Below are positions 1 to 9,405 of a DNA stretch of 64,000 bases, in pieces; the first letter of the stretch is position 1; each line of letters begins with the position of its first letter. The notes beneath the pieces were generated by a model that worked only from the letters and a program-made list of their open reading frames with translations, ran no database searches and had not been told where the DNA came from. Source of the stretch: a bacterium (lineage in GTDB: Bacteria > Patescibacteriota > Minisyncoccia > UBA6257 > UBA9933); the NCBI GenBank assembly GCA_021791445.1, contig JAJYWO010000010.1:1304-65303 (forward strand), written 5' to 3'. Both the position numbers and the translations under genes were made by a program.

Positions 1-2287
1 CCACTGAAACATCGCCCGAAGTGGTAATCGTGTGCTTTACCGTGTAACCGCTATTAGCAGCCGTACCCTGCAAGGTCGCGCTGTTTCCGTCTTTGTCAGT
101 CGCGGTAATGTTAGACGAGTTCACCGCGGCAACGTAGAAATAATAAACATCGCCGTTAGTGGCATTCGCCGAAATACTGCCTTTCAAGGTCAAAACCTTG
201 GTGCTGCCTTTGGTAATTGTCAAATTCAAATTATCAAAGGTGGTGGTCAAAGCCGTAGCATCCAACGATTTAACGTCAGAAATCTTGGTTGAACCGTCAT
301 ACAAAGCCAAGCTCTGAACCTCGCCTGAAGTCAAAGTTCCGGAAGTGGAAGAAGCCGTCACTTTGACCGAGCTCAATTTAATATCGCTGGCAATCGCTCG
401 GAAGCTGAAGCCGATAAGGTTTTTATCGCTGGCTCCCTGAACATAGGTCTGAGAGCTCGGGCTGGCTGCCAACTGAACATCAAGAGTCGGGACTTTGACA
501 GTTTGCTGGTTTCCGGCAATCGCGCTGTTAGGCACGATGTTGGAAGTGGCAACAAACTGGTTGTTGTCCAAGTTCTTGATATCGCTGGATTCAAACGCAG
601 ATAATGTGACAGTGATTGTGTCATTAGTGTCATTATCAGAATCAACGTCAGCCGTTATCTTAAAGGTCTTGGAAGTGCCCGCGCTAATGTTAATAACATC
701 AGTGAAGGTTTGCGTTGTGGTTGTTGAAATATCCACAGCGCTGGTCACAACCGAATTATTGGAAGTGTCCCAGACCTTGAAATCATTGAATCCTTCGCCC
801 GATTCCATACCAGTTGTAGTAATGCTGGTTCTCAAGTTGCGGATTTCAATGTTATTCTTGGCGGCAATGGTGAAGTTATACAACGCCACGTCTTGTCCGC
901 GCAAAGCGATATCGCCGACAACCGGACCGTTAAAGGTAATGGTCACGTCGCCTCCGGAAAGCGTAATTGCGTGCGCTTCCGAAGAAGTGTCAAGACCGGT
1001 AATGGTCGGGTCAACCGGATAGCCATAGGTTTTGCCAGTGGCTTGAACATCGCCTTTGCTGTCAAAGTAGAGCTTGATTGTGTCGCTCGATTTGGCAGCG
1101 CCGGAAATGTCAACGTAAACCTTTAAGGTTTTTTCCTGTCCTTTTTCAATGACATACGGAGTGTCAAAGGTAAAGGTGACCAGGTCTTTGGCGCCAACTG
1201 CGCTGGCTTTCGCCAAAACAGCGCCAACTGCATCCTTCAAAACAAAATTGGAAAGATTGCTGTTGGAAATGGTGCCGCCTTGAGTCATGGCAAGTTGCGT
1301 AACCGAAACGTCTTCGGTTGAACCGGCCGTTAATTTGAATTCCGAAACCTGGGCATTAAGTTGGCCAACATAAGGATTGGAAATCGAGCCGGTTGAAGTA
1401 GCAGTAATGCTTCCAACCGCCTGACCGCCAATGGTCATTGTGTTGCTAACTAAAGAGCCTGTTGGTGTCGGATTGCCGGCAACGCTCACTAATTCAAAAT
1501 AGTGATTGTTGTTAGCGGTAGCTGAAGATGAAACATCAGCTTTCAAACTCAATGTCTTAACTCCGTCAACAGCAATGCTTAAATTGACGAAAGTGATTTC
1601 ATGAGTCGTTGAATTGATGCTGCGGCCGCTGGTCAAACGGCTGTTTCCATCGTAAAGATAGAAGCCGGTTGAAGCGAAATCCGCGGTCGCGCCAATTCCT
1701 TTTCTCTTAAATGTAAGAGAAGTAACTGTTCCCTTTCCGGAAACTGTGAATTTCAACATTTCAACGCCAGCCGCTCCTTTCGGAATGGTGGCGCCTGACG
1801 GATTACCCGAAGCCAAAGCGATAGCTAAACCGCTTGTCGGAACTGTCGGGATTGCCGGGATTGCCGGAGTCGCCGGAGCAGCGGCCAAAGAATTGACATA
1901 AGCTCTGCTCTTCGGACCGAAATATCCGGCGGCCGGAGAAATTCCAACCGAGGCCTGATATTTAGCCAAAGAGGTTTTAGTCAAGTTTCCAAAGTAACCC
2001 TTAGCAACGCCAGCAGGCATTGTCAAAACTCCTTTGGATTCCAAAAAGCTCTGCAAATCCGTAACAGCGCTTCCTTTTGAACCAATTGTTAAATCAGTCG
2101 TAAAGTTATACGCAGCCGGAGCAGCAGTGCTCTGACCCAATTGGGTTTGCAACGCAGTAATCTGCGCCAACAAAGCCGCAATTTGAGCTTGCAATTCTTC
2201 CACGGTCGCAGCTTGAACGCTGGAACCAGCAACTGTCACTGCCAAAGCGGCAGCAACGAATATTGTGGAAAATTTTTTAATACTCAT
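1..2287 (-). CDS. Large secreted S-layer-like/cell-surface protein with N-terminal peptidoglycan-binding domain (partial, runs off the window start)
   Basis: Not in the ORF track. Manual minus-strand translation from ATG 2287: MSIKKFSTIFVAAALAVTVAGSSVQAATVEELQAQIAALLAQITALQ (signal peptide + coiled coil), then DLTIGSKGSAVTDLQSFL...GYFGNLTKTSLAKYQ...GYFGPKSR (PG_binding_1-like), then long Ser/Thr-rich beta-type sequence open to position 1. Confidence 0.85.
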   Translation of the reverse strand, partial: MSIKKFSTIFVAAALAVTVAGSSVQAATVEELQAQIAALLAQITALQTQLGQSTAAPAAYNFTTDLTIGSKGSAVTDLQSFLESKGVLTMPAGVAKGYFGNLTKTSLAKYQASVGISPAAGYFGPKSRAYVNSLAAAPATPAIPAIPTVPTSGLAIALASGNPSGATIPKGAAGVEMLKFTVSGKGTVTSLTFKRKGIGATADFASTGFYLYDGNSRLTSGRSINSTTHEITFVNLSIAVDGVKTLSLKADVSSSATANNNHYFELVSVAGNPTPTGSLVSNTMTIGGQAVGSITATSTGSISNPYVGQLNAQVSEFKLTAGSTEDVSVTQLAMTQGGTISNSNLSNFVLKDAVGAVLAKASAVGAKDLVTFTFDTPYVIEKGQEKTLKVYVDISGAAKSSDTIKLYFDSKGDVQATGKTYGYPVDPTITGLDTSSEAHAITLSGGDVTITFNGPVVGDIALRGQDVALYNFTIAAKNNIEIRNLRTSITTTGMESGEGFNDFKVWDTSNNSVVTSAVDISTTTTQTFTDVINISAGTSKTFKITADVDSDNDTNDTITVTLSAFESSDIKNLDNNQFVATSNIVPNSAIAGNQQTVKVPTLDVQLAASPSSQTYVQGASDKNLIGFSFRAIASDIKLSSVKVTASSTSGTLTSGEVQSLALYDGSTKISDVKSLDATALTTTFDNLNLTITKGSTKVLTLKGSISANATNGDVYYFYVAAVNSSNITATDKDGNSATLQGTAANSGYTVKHTITTSGDVSV

Positions 2288-2289
2288 TT

Positions 2290-2592
2290 ATTTTTGTAAG
2301 TTTTTGTTTGCTGAATGAAACAGTGAGGTCGTTACAATTCAGACATAAATTAAGTTTATTTCTGGAAGATTGTCTCCGCAAACCATCGACCGCCGAAACG
2401 GCGATTTACAGAACAACCGTGGTATCTTTTAAAAATTAAAAATCTCACAAAAGTGAGACTCTGTCTTGGTTTTTAAGCGTCAGGTTTTAAGTGTTAGTAA
2501 AAACACTACTCCACAGTTAAAAACTGTGGACTAAAAACCATAATCTTAAAACCCAGATTCGGCCTCACTCCAAATCTTGATTTTTAATTGTA
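2290..2592 (-). ncRNA. Candidate structured 5' leader (about 300 nt) of the S-layer-like gene
   Basis: Nested complementary segments: GTGAGGTCG(2323)/CGGCCTCAC(2560), CTTGGTTTTTAAG/CTTAAAACCCAG, GGTTTTAAGT/ACTAAAAACC, plus local hairpins CGCCG-aaa-CGGCG, TCTCAC-aaaa-GTGAGA, TCCACAGTT-aaa-AACTGTGGA. Confidence 0.5.
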
Positions 2593-2597
2593 ATTTT

Positions 2598-2625
2598 ATT
2601 ATACGGTTATCCCGAACAGCGTCAA
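2598..2625 (-). promoter_or_regulatory. Sigma70-type promoter for the S-layer-like gene
   Basis: Minus strand TTGACG-16 nt-TATAAT; a perfect DnaA-box sequence (TGTGGATAA, 2635-2643) lies just upstream. Confidence 0.65.
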
Positions 2626-2687
2626 TGGTTCTGCTGTGGATAACCTGTATACAATATATAACGATAAAAACGCTAAAATGTTACATC

Positions 2688-3425
2688 CTACGGTTGCCAT
2701 TTGGATGCTATAAAAACAATGACGCTGAAAAGCAGAATAATCGTCGCGTTTTTCAAGATAACTTGCCTGTTAAGGTCTCCCCGCAAATGGGAAACGGTCA
2801 AATCTTTCAAAACCAAAACCGCTGCCAGAGAAATGGCGGCGGAATTCAAAAACCCCACCGGCAAATAAGAAACCGCCAAAACAAACTGGGAAACCAGAGC
2901 CGCCAAACTGGCTGAAAAAAGATTAATATCGCGTCCCGGACGCGATATGATTGATTCGCGAAAAAGCAGAAAAAAAGACAAAACAGCCGAGGTATATCCC
3001 CAAAAAATCCATCCCGATGACTTATCGGCCATAAAAAAAATAATAAAAACCAAAAAGAAAACAAAATTATTCAGAAATTCATAAACAGAAGCGCGGTGAA
3101 TAAAAATCAGATTTTTTATCCCTAAAAAAGCGAAAAATGCCAAGCCGAAAACCGCGGCGACGACAAAATTCCACTTAACCGATTCTGCTGGCAAACGGCT
3201 GATTGTCAAAAGCGCGGCAATCAAAAAAATCAAAAAAGAAAAAAAATATTTTTTCGCTTCGAAAAAAGGCCTCAAATAAAAATAAAAAGCGAGCGCGATA
3301 AAAAGAAAAAACGCGCCGAAACTTCGGCTGTTGCCGAAAAACGCCAAAGCCAGCGAAAAAACAATCGCTTTACCCCCCGCGCTAAACAAGTTGCAATGAG
3401 AAAAAAATAAATTTTTAAAAAGCAT
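2688..3425 (-). CDS. Multi-pass membrane protein, hypothetical
   Basis: About 8 hydrophobic segments; start moved to ATG 3425 because the upstream 21 codons in the ORF track mostly fall in the 92-bp repeat. Confidence 0.75.
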   Translation of the reverse strand: MLFKNLFFSHCNLFSAGGKAIVFSLALAFFGNSRSFGAFFLFIALAFYFYLRPFFEAKKYFFSFLIFLIAALLTISRLPAESVKWNFVVAAVFGLAFFAFLGIKNLIFIHRASVYEFLNNFVFFLVFIIFFMADKSSGWIFWGYTSAVLSFFLLFRESIISRPGRDINLFSASLAALVSQFVLAVSYLPVGFLNSAAISLAAVLVLKDLTVSHLRGDLNRQVILKNATIILLFSVIVFIASKWQP

Positions 3426-3436
3426 AACAATAATAA

Positions 3437-3528
3437 GCAACCGCAAAATTATTTCTGAAACCTTAACGGAAGCGCAGCCCCGCTGCAAGCGGGGTGTGAG
3501 CGGGTTGAAGAAATAATTTTGCGGTTGC
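3437..3528. repeat. 92-bp palindromic (REP/MITE-like) element, copy 1
   Basis: 20-bp perfect inverted arms GCAACCGCAAAATTATTTCT/AGAAATAATTTTGCGGTTGC; the core is a near reverse-complement copy of 27533-27624. Confidence 0.85.
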
Positions 3529-3538
3529 GCCCAGAACC

Positions 3539-6178
3539 TTAAACGCCAATCGTAATGCCGGATTCTTTGAAACCGAGTTTAATTTTTTTAGCATCTTTAA
3601 GTTCGCCTTTGATTATTTTATTCGCCAATTCGTCAAGAATCAATTTTTGAATCGCTCTTTTAATGGGCCGGGCGCCGTATTCCGAATCAAAACCGACATC
3701 AATAATGCGCTCTTTAAGGGAATTGTCCACGCTGATTTTAAACCCGCGCCCCGCCAATCTCTCTTTAAGTTCATCCAGTTGAAGGTCAACTATTTTGCCG
3801 ATTTCCGCTTTGGTAAGAGGATTGAAAATAATTATTTCATCCAGCCGATTGAGAAATTCCGGACGAAAAGTTTCTTGCAAAGCTTCCTGCGCGCGCTGTT
3901 TGAAACGCTCAAGCGCCTTATTGGTCCCATCCGCCTCGCCGCCGACATCAAATCCAAAACCCGCTTTTGAAGCTTCTTTGAAATATTCGCTGCCGACATT
4001 GGAAGTCAAAACAATTATGGAGTTTTTGAAATTGACGGTTTTGCCCTTGCCATCGGTGAGCCGGCCGTTATCCAAAACCTGAAGCAAAAGATTAAAAACT
4101 TCGGGATGCGCTTTTTCTATTTCATCAAAAAGAATCAGACTGTACGGCCGATGCCTTACGATTTCGGTCAATTGGCCGCCTTCTTCGTGTCCCACATAGC
4201 CGGGAGGAGAACCGATAAGCCGGCTTACGCTGTGCCGCTCCATATATTCAGACATATCAATCCGCACCAGCGCTTTTTCGTCATTAAACATAAATTCCGC
4301 CAAAGCCCGCACCAATTCGGTTTTGCCGACTCCGGTCGGACCTAAAAACATAAAACTGCCCAAGGGCCGATCTTCCGGCGCGAGTCCGGCGCGCTGGCGA
4401 CGCAAAGCGTGGGCAATGGCTTTAATCGCGTCCGTTTGGCCGATTACTCTTTGAGAAAGAACTTCTTCTATTTTGGAAAGTTTTTCCATTTCGGTTTGCA
4501 GCATCTTGTCAGTCGGCACGCCGGTCCAACGCGAAACAACCGCGGCAATATCTTCCTCGTCAACCACTTCCTTAATAAAACTATCGGACTTATTGGCCTT
4601 ATAAGTCTTATTTTCATACGCCTTAAATTCTTTCTCCGCTTGCGGCAATTCGCCGTAAAGTATTCGGGCTGTTTTTTCCAGATTGCCTTCGCGTTCCGCC
4701 ATCTCGGCGTCGCGCTTCAAATCTTCCACGCGCTTGCGCAAATTCCTGAAATTCTCAAAAGTTATTTTTTCTCCTTGCCATTTACCGGAGAGCCCGTCAT
4801 TTTTTTCTTTTAATTTCGCCAATTCCTTCTCAACTTCTTTTAATCGTGTTTTTGTTTTAGTCCCATTTCTATTTGATTCATTCAAAAGCGCGGATTTTTC
4901 TATTTCCAAACGGGTAATTTCCCTTCTGATTTTATCTATTTCCCGCGGAATGCTTTCGCTTTCCAATCTTCTGCCGGCTCCGGCTTCGTCAATCAAATCA
5001 ATCGCCTTATCCGGTAAAAACCTGTCGCTGATATAGCGACTGGAAAGATTCACCGCCGCCACAATCGCTTCGTCGCTGATGCGCAAACCATGATGCGATT
5101 CGTATTTTTCTTTCAAGCCGCGCAAAATGGCAACACTGTCTTCAATGGACGGCTCATCAACCATAATAGGCGCGAAGCGGCGTTCCAAAGCTGAATCTTT
5201 TTCAATATAACGCTGGTATTCTCTTATTGTGGTGGCGCCGATGGCCCGAAGTTCGCCGCGCGCCAAAGCCGGCTTCAATAAATTGGAAGCGTCAACCGTT
5301 CCTTCGGCCGCGCCCGCTCCCACAATCATATGAATTTCGTCTATAAATAGAATAATCTTGCCGCCGGACTGCTGGATTTCTTTCATAAACGCTTTTAATC
5401 TGTCTTCAAACTCGCCGCGGAATTTCGTACCCGCGATAAGCGCGCCCAAATCAAGCATCACGATTTCTTTGCCCTTCAACGGTTCCGGCACGTCTCCAGA
5501 AACAATTCTCTGCGCCAAACCTTCCACCACCGCGGTTTTGCCGACTCCGGGTTCGCCGATTAAAACCGGATTATTTTTCGTGCGACGGCTCAAAACCTGA
5601 ATAAGCCGACGAAGCTCTTCTTCGCGGCCGATAACCGGGTCAAGCTCGCCTTTCTTGGCGCGCTCCGTAAGATTGATGGCGTATTTTTCCAAAACCTGGA
5701 ATTTGCTTTCCGGCGCTTCATCGGTAATTCTTGCGGAACCGCGCAGCTGCGCCAAAATCCGGACCGCGGTTTCCTTGCGCAATCCGAAATTTTCCATGAT
5801 CGCGGCGGAAACAGAATTGCTTTCCAGAATCGCCAAAAGCATATGCTCGCAGGAAATAAATTCATCTTTTTGAATTGAAGCGATTTTCGCGGCCCTGTCC
5901 AAAACCCGCATTAATTCCTGCGCCAGATAAAGCTGAGCCGCGCCTCCGCCGCCGAAAATTTTCGGCTGTTTTTTCAATTCCTCATGAAGAATCTGGCTTA
6001 AATTTTCCAGATTAATTCCCGCCTTGATTATCAGCGGCCTGATTAAAGAACTTTCGTCCGAAAGCAAAGAAATCAATAAGTGGATAATTTTAAGCTCCCC
6101 GTGGTTTTCGCGAGCCGCTATGTCCTGGGCGTTTTGCAGCGCCTCCTGGGCCTTGATTGTAAAACGATGCATTTGCAT
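3539..6178 (-). CDS. clpB: ATP-dependent chaperone ClpB
   Basis: Clp N-domain, two AAA+ modules ([16 protein letters not shown]), long middle coiled coil, RIDMSEY and [10 protein letters not shown] motifs; likely start MQMHRFT at 6178. Confidence 0.95.
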   Translation of the reverse strand: MQMHRFTIKAQEALQNAQDIAARENHGELKIIHLLISLLSDESSLIRPLIIKAGINLENLSQILHEELKKQPKIFGGGGAAQLYLAQELMRVLDRAAKIASIQKDEFISCEHMLLAILESNSVSAAIMENFGLRKETAVRILAQLRGSARITDEAPESKFQVLEKYAINLTERAKKGELDPVIGREEELRRLIQVLSRRTKNNPVLIGEPGVGKTAVVEGLAQRIVSGDVPEPLKGKEIVMLDLGALIAGTKFRGEFEDRLKAFMKEIQQSGGKIILFIDEIHMIVGAGAAEGTVDASNLLKPALARGELRAIGATTIREYQRYIEKDSALERRFAPIMVDEPSIEDSVAILRGLKEKYESHHGLRISDEAIVAAVNLSSRYISDRFLPDKAIDLIDEAGAGRRLESESIPREIDKIRREITRLEIEKSALLNESNRNGTKTKTRLKEVEKELAKLKEKNDGLSGKWQGEKITFENFRNLRKRVEDLKRDAEMAEREGNLEKTARILYGELPQAEKEFKAYENKTYKANKSDSFIKEVVDEEDIAAVVSRWTGVPTDKMLQTEMEKLSKIEEVLSQRVIGQTDAIKAIAHALRRQRAGLAPEDRPLGSFMFLGPTGVGKTELVRALAEFMFNDEKALVRIDMSEYMERHSVSRLIGSPPGYVGHEEGGQLTEIVRHRPYSLILFDEIEKAHPEVFNLLLQVLDNGRLTDGKGKTVNFKNSIIVLTSNVGSEYFKEASKAGFGFDVGGEADGTNKALERFKQRAQEALQETFRPEFLNRLDEIIIFNPLTKAEIGKIVDLQLDELKERLAGRGFKISVDNSLKERIIDVGFDSEYGARPIKRAIQKLILDELANKIIKGELKDAKKIKLGFKESGITIGV

Positions 6179-6211
6179 ATTTATTAATATTAATCTTTTT
6201 TTGCGATTTTC

Positions 6212-6259
6212 AAAAGTATAACATTTTATCGCCGATCGGCAACGATTTGTTATACTTTT
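6212..6259. repeat. 46-48-bp palindromic repeat (AAAGTATAACA...CGATCG...TGTTATACTTT), copy 1
   Basis: Inverted arms around a central GCCGATCGGC; other copies at 7633, 9360 and 46169. Confidence 0.9.
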
Positions 6260-6322
6260 ATCGATACGGCATATTATAATCAATGCTAAACAATTTTCAA
6301 GTTTTATGCTTAAATCTCTATT

Positions 6323-7642
6323 ATGAATAGAATCTATTTTGATTATGCGGCAACAACGCCTATGGACCCGCTAGTGAAAAAAGCGATGGCGCCTTATTTC
6401 TCCGATCGATTTGGAAATCCCGGCTCGCTTCACTCTTTCGGCCAAGAAGCCATGGCGATGGTTGACGAATCGCGCGAAAAAATCGCCAAAGCTGTTAATG
6501 CGGATTTTCGGGAAATAATTTTTACGGGATCGGCCACTGAAGCGAACAACTTGGCGCTGCGCGGCATTGTAAGGGCGGCTCGGCTATTTTCTGACGGAAC
6601 CGGGCGTTCGCTCGCTCCAGCGGCGAGCGCCGCCCTTGACCTCTCGGCGGCGCGCCTGCCTTCGGTAGACCAAGCGCGCGCCGCCTCCGAGACATTCCGC
6701 ACGAAAACAGCCGAGCCACCCTACAGAATTATAATTAGTAAAATAGAACACGATTCAATTTTGGAAACCGCGCGCGACCTTGAACGCGACGGCATTGAAG
6801 TAATCTATCTACCCGTCAATAAAAATGGGCTTATTGATTTAGAAAAACTGAAAAAATCGCTCAATGAGCGGACGATTTTGGTTTCCATAATGCACGCAAA
6901 TAATGAAATAGGGACTATCCAACCAATCGCGGAAATTGCGAAAATTATAAAACAATTCAAAAACAACAAAGAAAAATTTTTTTCGACCTATCCACTTTTT
7001 CACACTGACGCTGTCCAAGCTTTTCAATTCCTGAATTGCGACGTCAATAAACTCGGCGTTGATTTAATGACTTTATCCGCGCATAAAATTTACGGCCCAA
7101 AAGGAATCGGATGTTTATATGTAAAATCCCAAAATTCTAAATTCAATCCGCCAGCTGGCGGACTAAATCCAATTATCACCGGCGGCGGGCAAGAATTCGG
7201 CTTGCGCTCCGGCACGGAAAATGTTCCGGCAATCGCCGGATTCGCCAAAGCCATTGAACTCGTCTCTAATTCGCGCGAATTAGAGAATAAACGCGTTAAA
7301 CAACTTGCCGATTATTTTTGGGAAGAAATTAAAAAAATAGAGCCGAAAGCGGAAATAAATGGAATGTTAAATGCCAATAAATTGCCGAATATTTTAAACA
7401 TTTGTTTCCCCGGTCAGAATGCGCAAGATTTGCTGATAAAACTTGATTTGAACGGCGTGGCGGTTTCCAGCGGCTCGGCTTGTTCGGCGCGCGCCACCAA
7501 ACCGTCGCATGTTCTCAAAGCCATCGGCTTAAGCGACAAAAAAATTAAAAGCAGTTTGCGTTTTAGTTTGGGAAAATTCATGACCAAAAACGAATTAAAC
7601 CGCGCGCTCAAAATAATAAACAGGATATTAAAAAAAGTATAA
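6323..7642 (+). CDS. iscS: Cysteine desulfurase (IscS/NifS group I) with in-frame palindromic insertion
   Basis: [43 protein letters not shown] (PLP lysine), [14 protein letters not shown] (catalytic Cys). Confidence 0.92.
   Translation: MNRIYFDYAATTPMDPLVKKAMAPYFSDRFGNPGSLHSFGQEAMAMVDESREKIAKAVNADFREIIFTGSATEANNLALRGIVRAARLFSDGTGRSLAPAASAALDLSAARLPSVDQARAASETFRTKTAEPPYRIIISKIEHDSILETARDLERDGIEVIYLPVNKNGLIDLEKLKKSLNERTILVSIMHANNEIGTIQPIAEIAKIIKQFKNNKEKFFSTYPLFHTDAVQAFQFLNCDVNKLGVDLMTLSAHKIYGPKGIGCLYVKSQNSKFNPPAGGLNPIITGGGQEFGLRSGTENVPAIAGFAKAIELVSNSRELENKRVKQLADYFWEEIKKIEPKAEINGMLNANKLPNILNICFPGQNAQDLLIKLDLNGVAVSSGSACSARATKPSHVLKAIGLSDKKIKSSLRFSLGKFMTKNELNRALKIINRILKKV
6574..6720. repeat. 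147-bp GC-rich palindromic element inserted in-frame in iscS
   Basis: Arms GGCGGCTCGGCTATTTTC/GAAAACAGCCGAGCCACC; length is a multiple of 3; encodes Ala/Arg/Ser-rich peptide between ALRG and IIISKIEH. Confidence 0.85.
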
Positions 7643-7680
7643 CAAATCGTTGCCGATCGGCGATAAAATGTTATACTTTT
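7633..7680. repeat. 46-48-bp palindromic repeat, copy 2
   Basis: Reverse complement of copy 1; supplies the iscS stop codon. Confidence 0.9.
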
Positions 7681-7686
7681 AAAATA

Positions 7687-8091
7687 ATGAACATAAATAA
7701 AAAAATTGACGCTAAAATTTTTAAAGCCTATGATATTCGCGGCATTTATCCGGACGAAATAAACGAAGAAATTGTTTCGGAAATAATTGCGGCGGTCGTT
7801 AAAAATTTCAAACCGAAAAAAATTATTATCGGCCACGACGCCCGCCTAAGTTCGCCAAAACTTTATCAGGCGCTAATAAAGCAATTTAAAATTTTAAATT
7901 TAAAATTTAAAATTATACCCACCGGCTTAATAACAACTCCCATGCTTTATTTTTTGACAAACTATTCCAATGCCGACCTCGGCATAATGATTACCGCTTC
8001 ACACAATCCCAAACAATATAACGGCTTAAAAATCGTCGGCAAAAACGCCGTTCCTATAAGCGGAAAACAAATATGGAAAATAATTTCATAA
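7687..8091 (+). CDS. Phosphomannomutase/phosphoglucomutase, domain I only (N-terminal half of a split gene)
   Basis: FKAYDIRG, GHDARLSS, ITTP, ITASHNP (phosphoserine loop), YNGLK. Confidence 0.85.
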   Translation: MNINKKIDAKIFKAYDIRGIYPDEINEEIVSEIIAAVVKNFKPKKIIIGHDARLSSPKLYQALIKQFKILNLKFKIIPTGLITTPMLYFLTNYSNADLGIMITASHNPKQYNGLKIVGKNAVPISGKQIWKIIS

Positions 8092-9008
8092 AAATTTACG
8101 CCAATTTTCTTAAAAAAAGAATCCAGCCACAGAAAAAATTAAAGGTGGTTTTTGATTGTTCTAATGGCGCTGTGGGACCAACTATTAAAAAATTACAAAT
8201 TACAAATCCCAAATTACAAATTTATCTTATTAACGAAAAACCGGACGGCAATTTCCCCGGACACGGACCCGACCCCTGGGCAAAAGGCGCGATGGAACAG
8301 CTTCAAAAAGAAGTTTTGCGGCAAAAAGCGGATTTGGGAGTTATTTTTGACGCTGACGGCGATAGAGTTTTTTTTATTGATAATCTTGGCTGTCCTGTTG
8401 AGCCGGATATTATCGCGCGTTTATTGATTTGGCATTTAAAGCCGCGCAAGGCGGTTTATGATATTCGCGCCGGCTGGCTCATTAAAAAATTAAAAATTGA
8501 AAACTTAAAATTGAAAACTTCGCGGGTGGGGCATTTTTACATTAAAAAACTAATGCGGAAAATCGGCGCGGATTTGGGCGTGGAAAAATCCGGACATTAT
8601 TATTTTGCCATCCGAAACTTTGACAAAGGAGAATTATATTACGACTCCGGAATTTTGGCGGCAATTGAAATTATAAACGCGGTTTCGAAATTGCCTTACT
8701 CTTTGGCGAATTTCATTGATTTGCTGCCACAATATTATAGAAGCGGAGAAATCAACATAAAATCTCAAATCTTAAATCTCAAATCTCAAAAATTATTTAA
8801 AGAGATTGAAAGAAAACTTAAAATTCAAAATTTAAAATTTAAAATTAATGTTTCTCATCTCGACGGCCTAACAATGGAATTTTTGGATTATTGGTTTAAC
8901 ATTCGGCCGTCAAACACCGAACCTTTAATAAGATTAAACATGGAAGCTGAAGACAAAAAAATTTTAGAAAAAAAGAAAAAAGAGTTAATAAAACTTTTAA
9001 AGAATTAA
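8073..9008 (+). CDS. Phosphomannomutase/phosphoglucomutase, domains II-IV (C-terminal half)
   Basis: KVVFDCSNG, PDGNFP, FDADGDR metal loop, VGH, EKSGHYYF, RPSNTEP. Confidence 0.85.
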   Translation: MENNFIKIYANFLKKRIQPQKKLKVVFDCSNGAVGPTIKKLQITNPKLQIYLINEKPDGNFPGHGPDPWAKGAMEQLQKEVLRQKADLGVIFDADGDRVFFIDNLGCPVEPDIIARLLIWHLKPRKAVYDIRAGWLIKKLKIENLKLKTSRVGHFYIKKLMRKIGADLGVEKSGHYYFAIRNFDKGELYYDSGILAAIEIINAVSKLPYSLANFIDLLPQYYRSGEINIKSQILNLKSQKLFKEIERKLKIQNLKFKINVSHLDGLTMEFLDYWFNIRPSNTEPLIRLNMEAEDKKILEKKKKELIKLLKN

Positions 9009-9352
9009 AAAATATGCGGCCAAAAAACGATTAAGCCGATAACCATTGCGCCCAAACTCGCCAACAAAACTATGGCCGCCATTAAATCTTTGATAATTCT
9101 CACCTTGTCGCTGTATTCCGGTTGAAGAAAATCCAAAAGTCGCTCAATCGCGATATTTATCAACTCCAAAGTTAAAACCGCAAAAATGGCGGTGGTGATA
9201 ACGGCTTTTTCCGTTCGGCTGGTCGGAAAATAAAACATTAAAAACACGGCCAATAAAGCGAAAAACAGCATTATTTTGAAATTCCTTTCAAAAATAAGGG
9301 TTTCTTTTAAGCCGTTTACGGCGTATTTTAAGCTGTCGCGAAGTTTTTTCAT
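9005..9352 (-). CDS. dgkA: Diacylglycerol/undecaprenol kinase (DgkA family)
   Basis: ERNFK, ELINIAIERLLD, KDLMAAIV; three TM helices. Confidence 0.88.
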   Translation of the reverse strand: MKKLRDSLKYAVNGLKETLIFERNFKIMLFFALLAVFLMFYFPTSRTEKAVITTAIFAVLTLELINIAIERLLDFLQPEYSDKVRIIKDLMAAIVLLASLGAMVIGLIVFWPHIF

Positions 9353-9359
9353 CTTTAAT

Positions 9360-9405
9360 AAAGTATAACATTTTACTGCCGATCGGCAATGGAATGTTAT
9401 ACTTT
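9360..9405. repeat. 46-48-bp palindromic repeat, copy 3
   Basis: AAAGTATAACATT...GCCGATCGGC...AATGTTATACTTT; supplies the folD stop codon. Confidence 0.9.

Noticed and set aside
32-1126. Plus-strand ORFs and the short minus ORF in the ORF track
   Set aside because: Shadows of the long minus-strand S-layer-like gene
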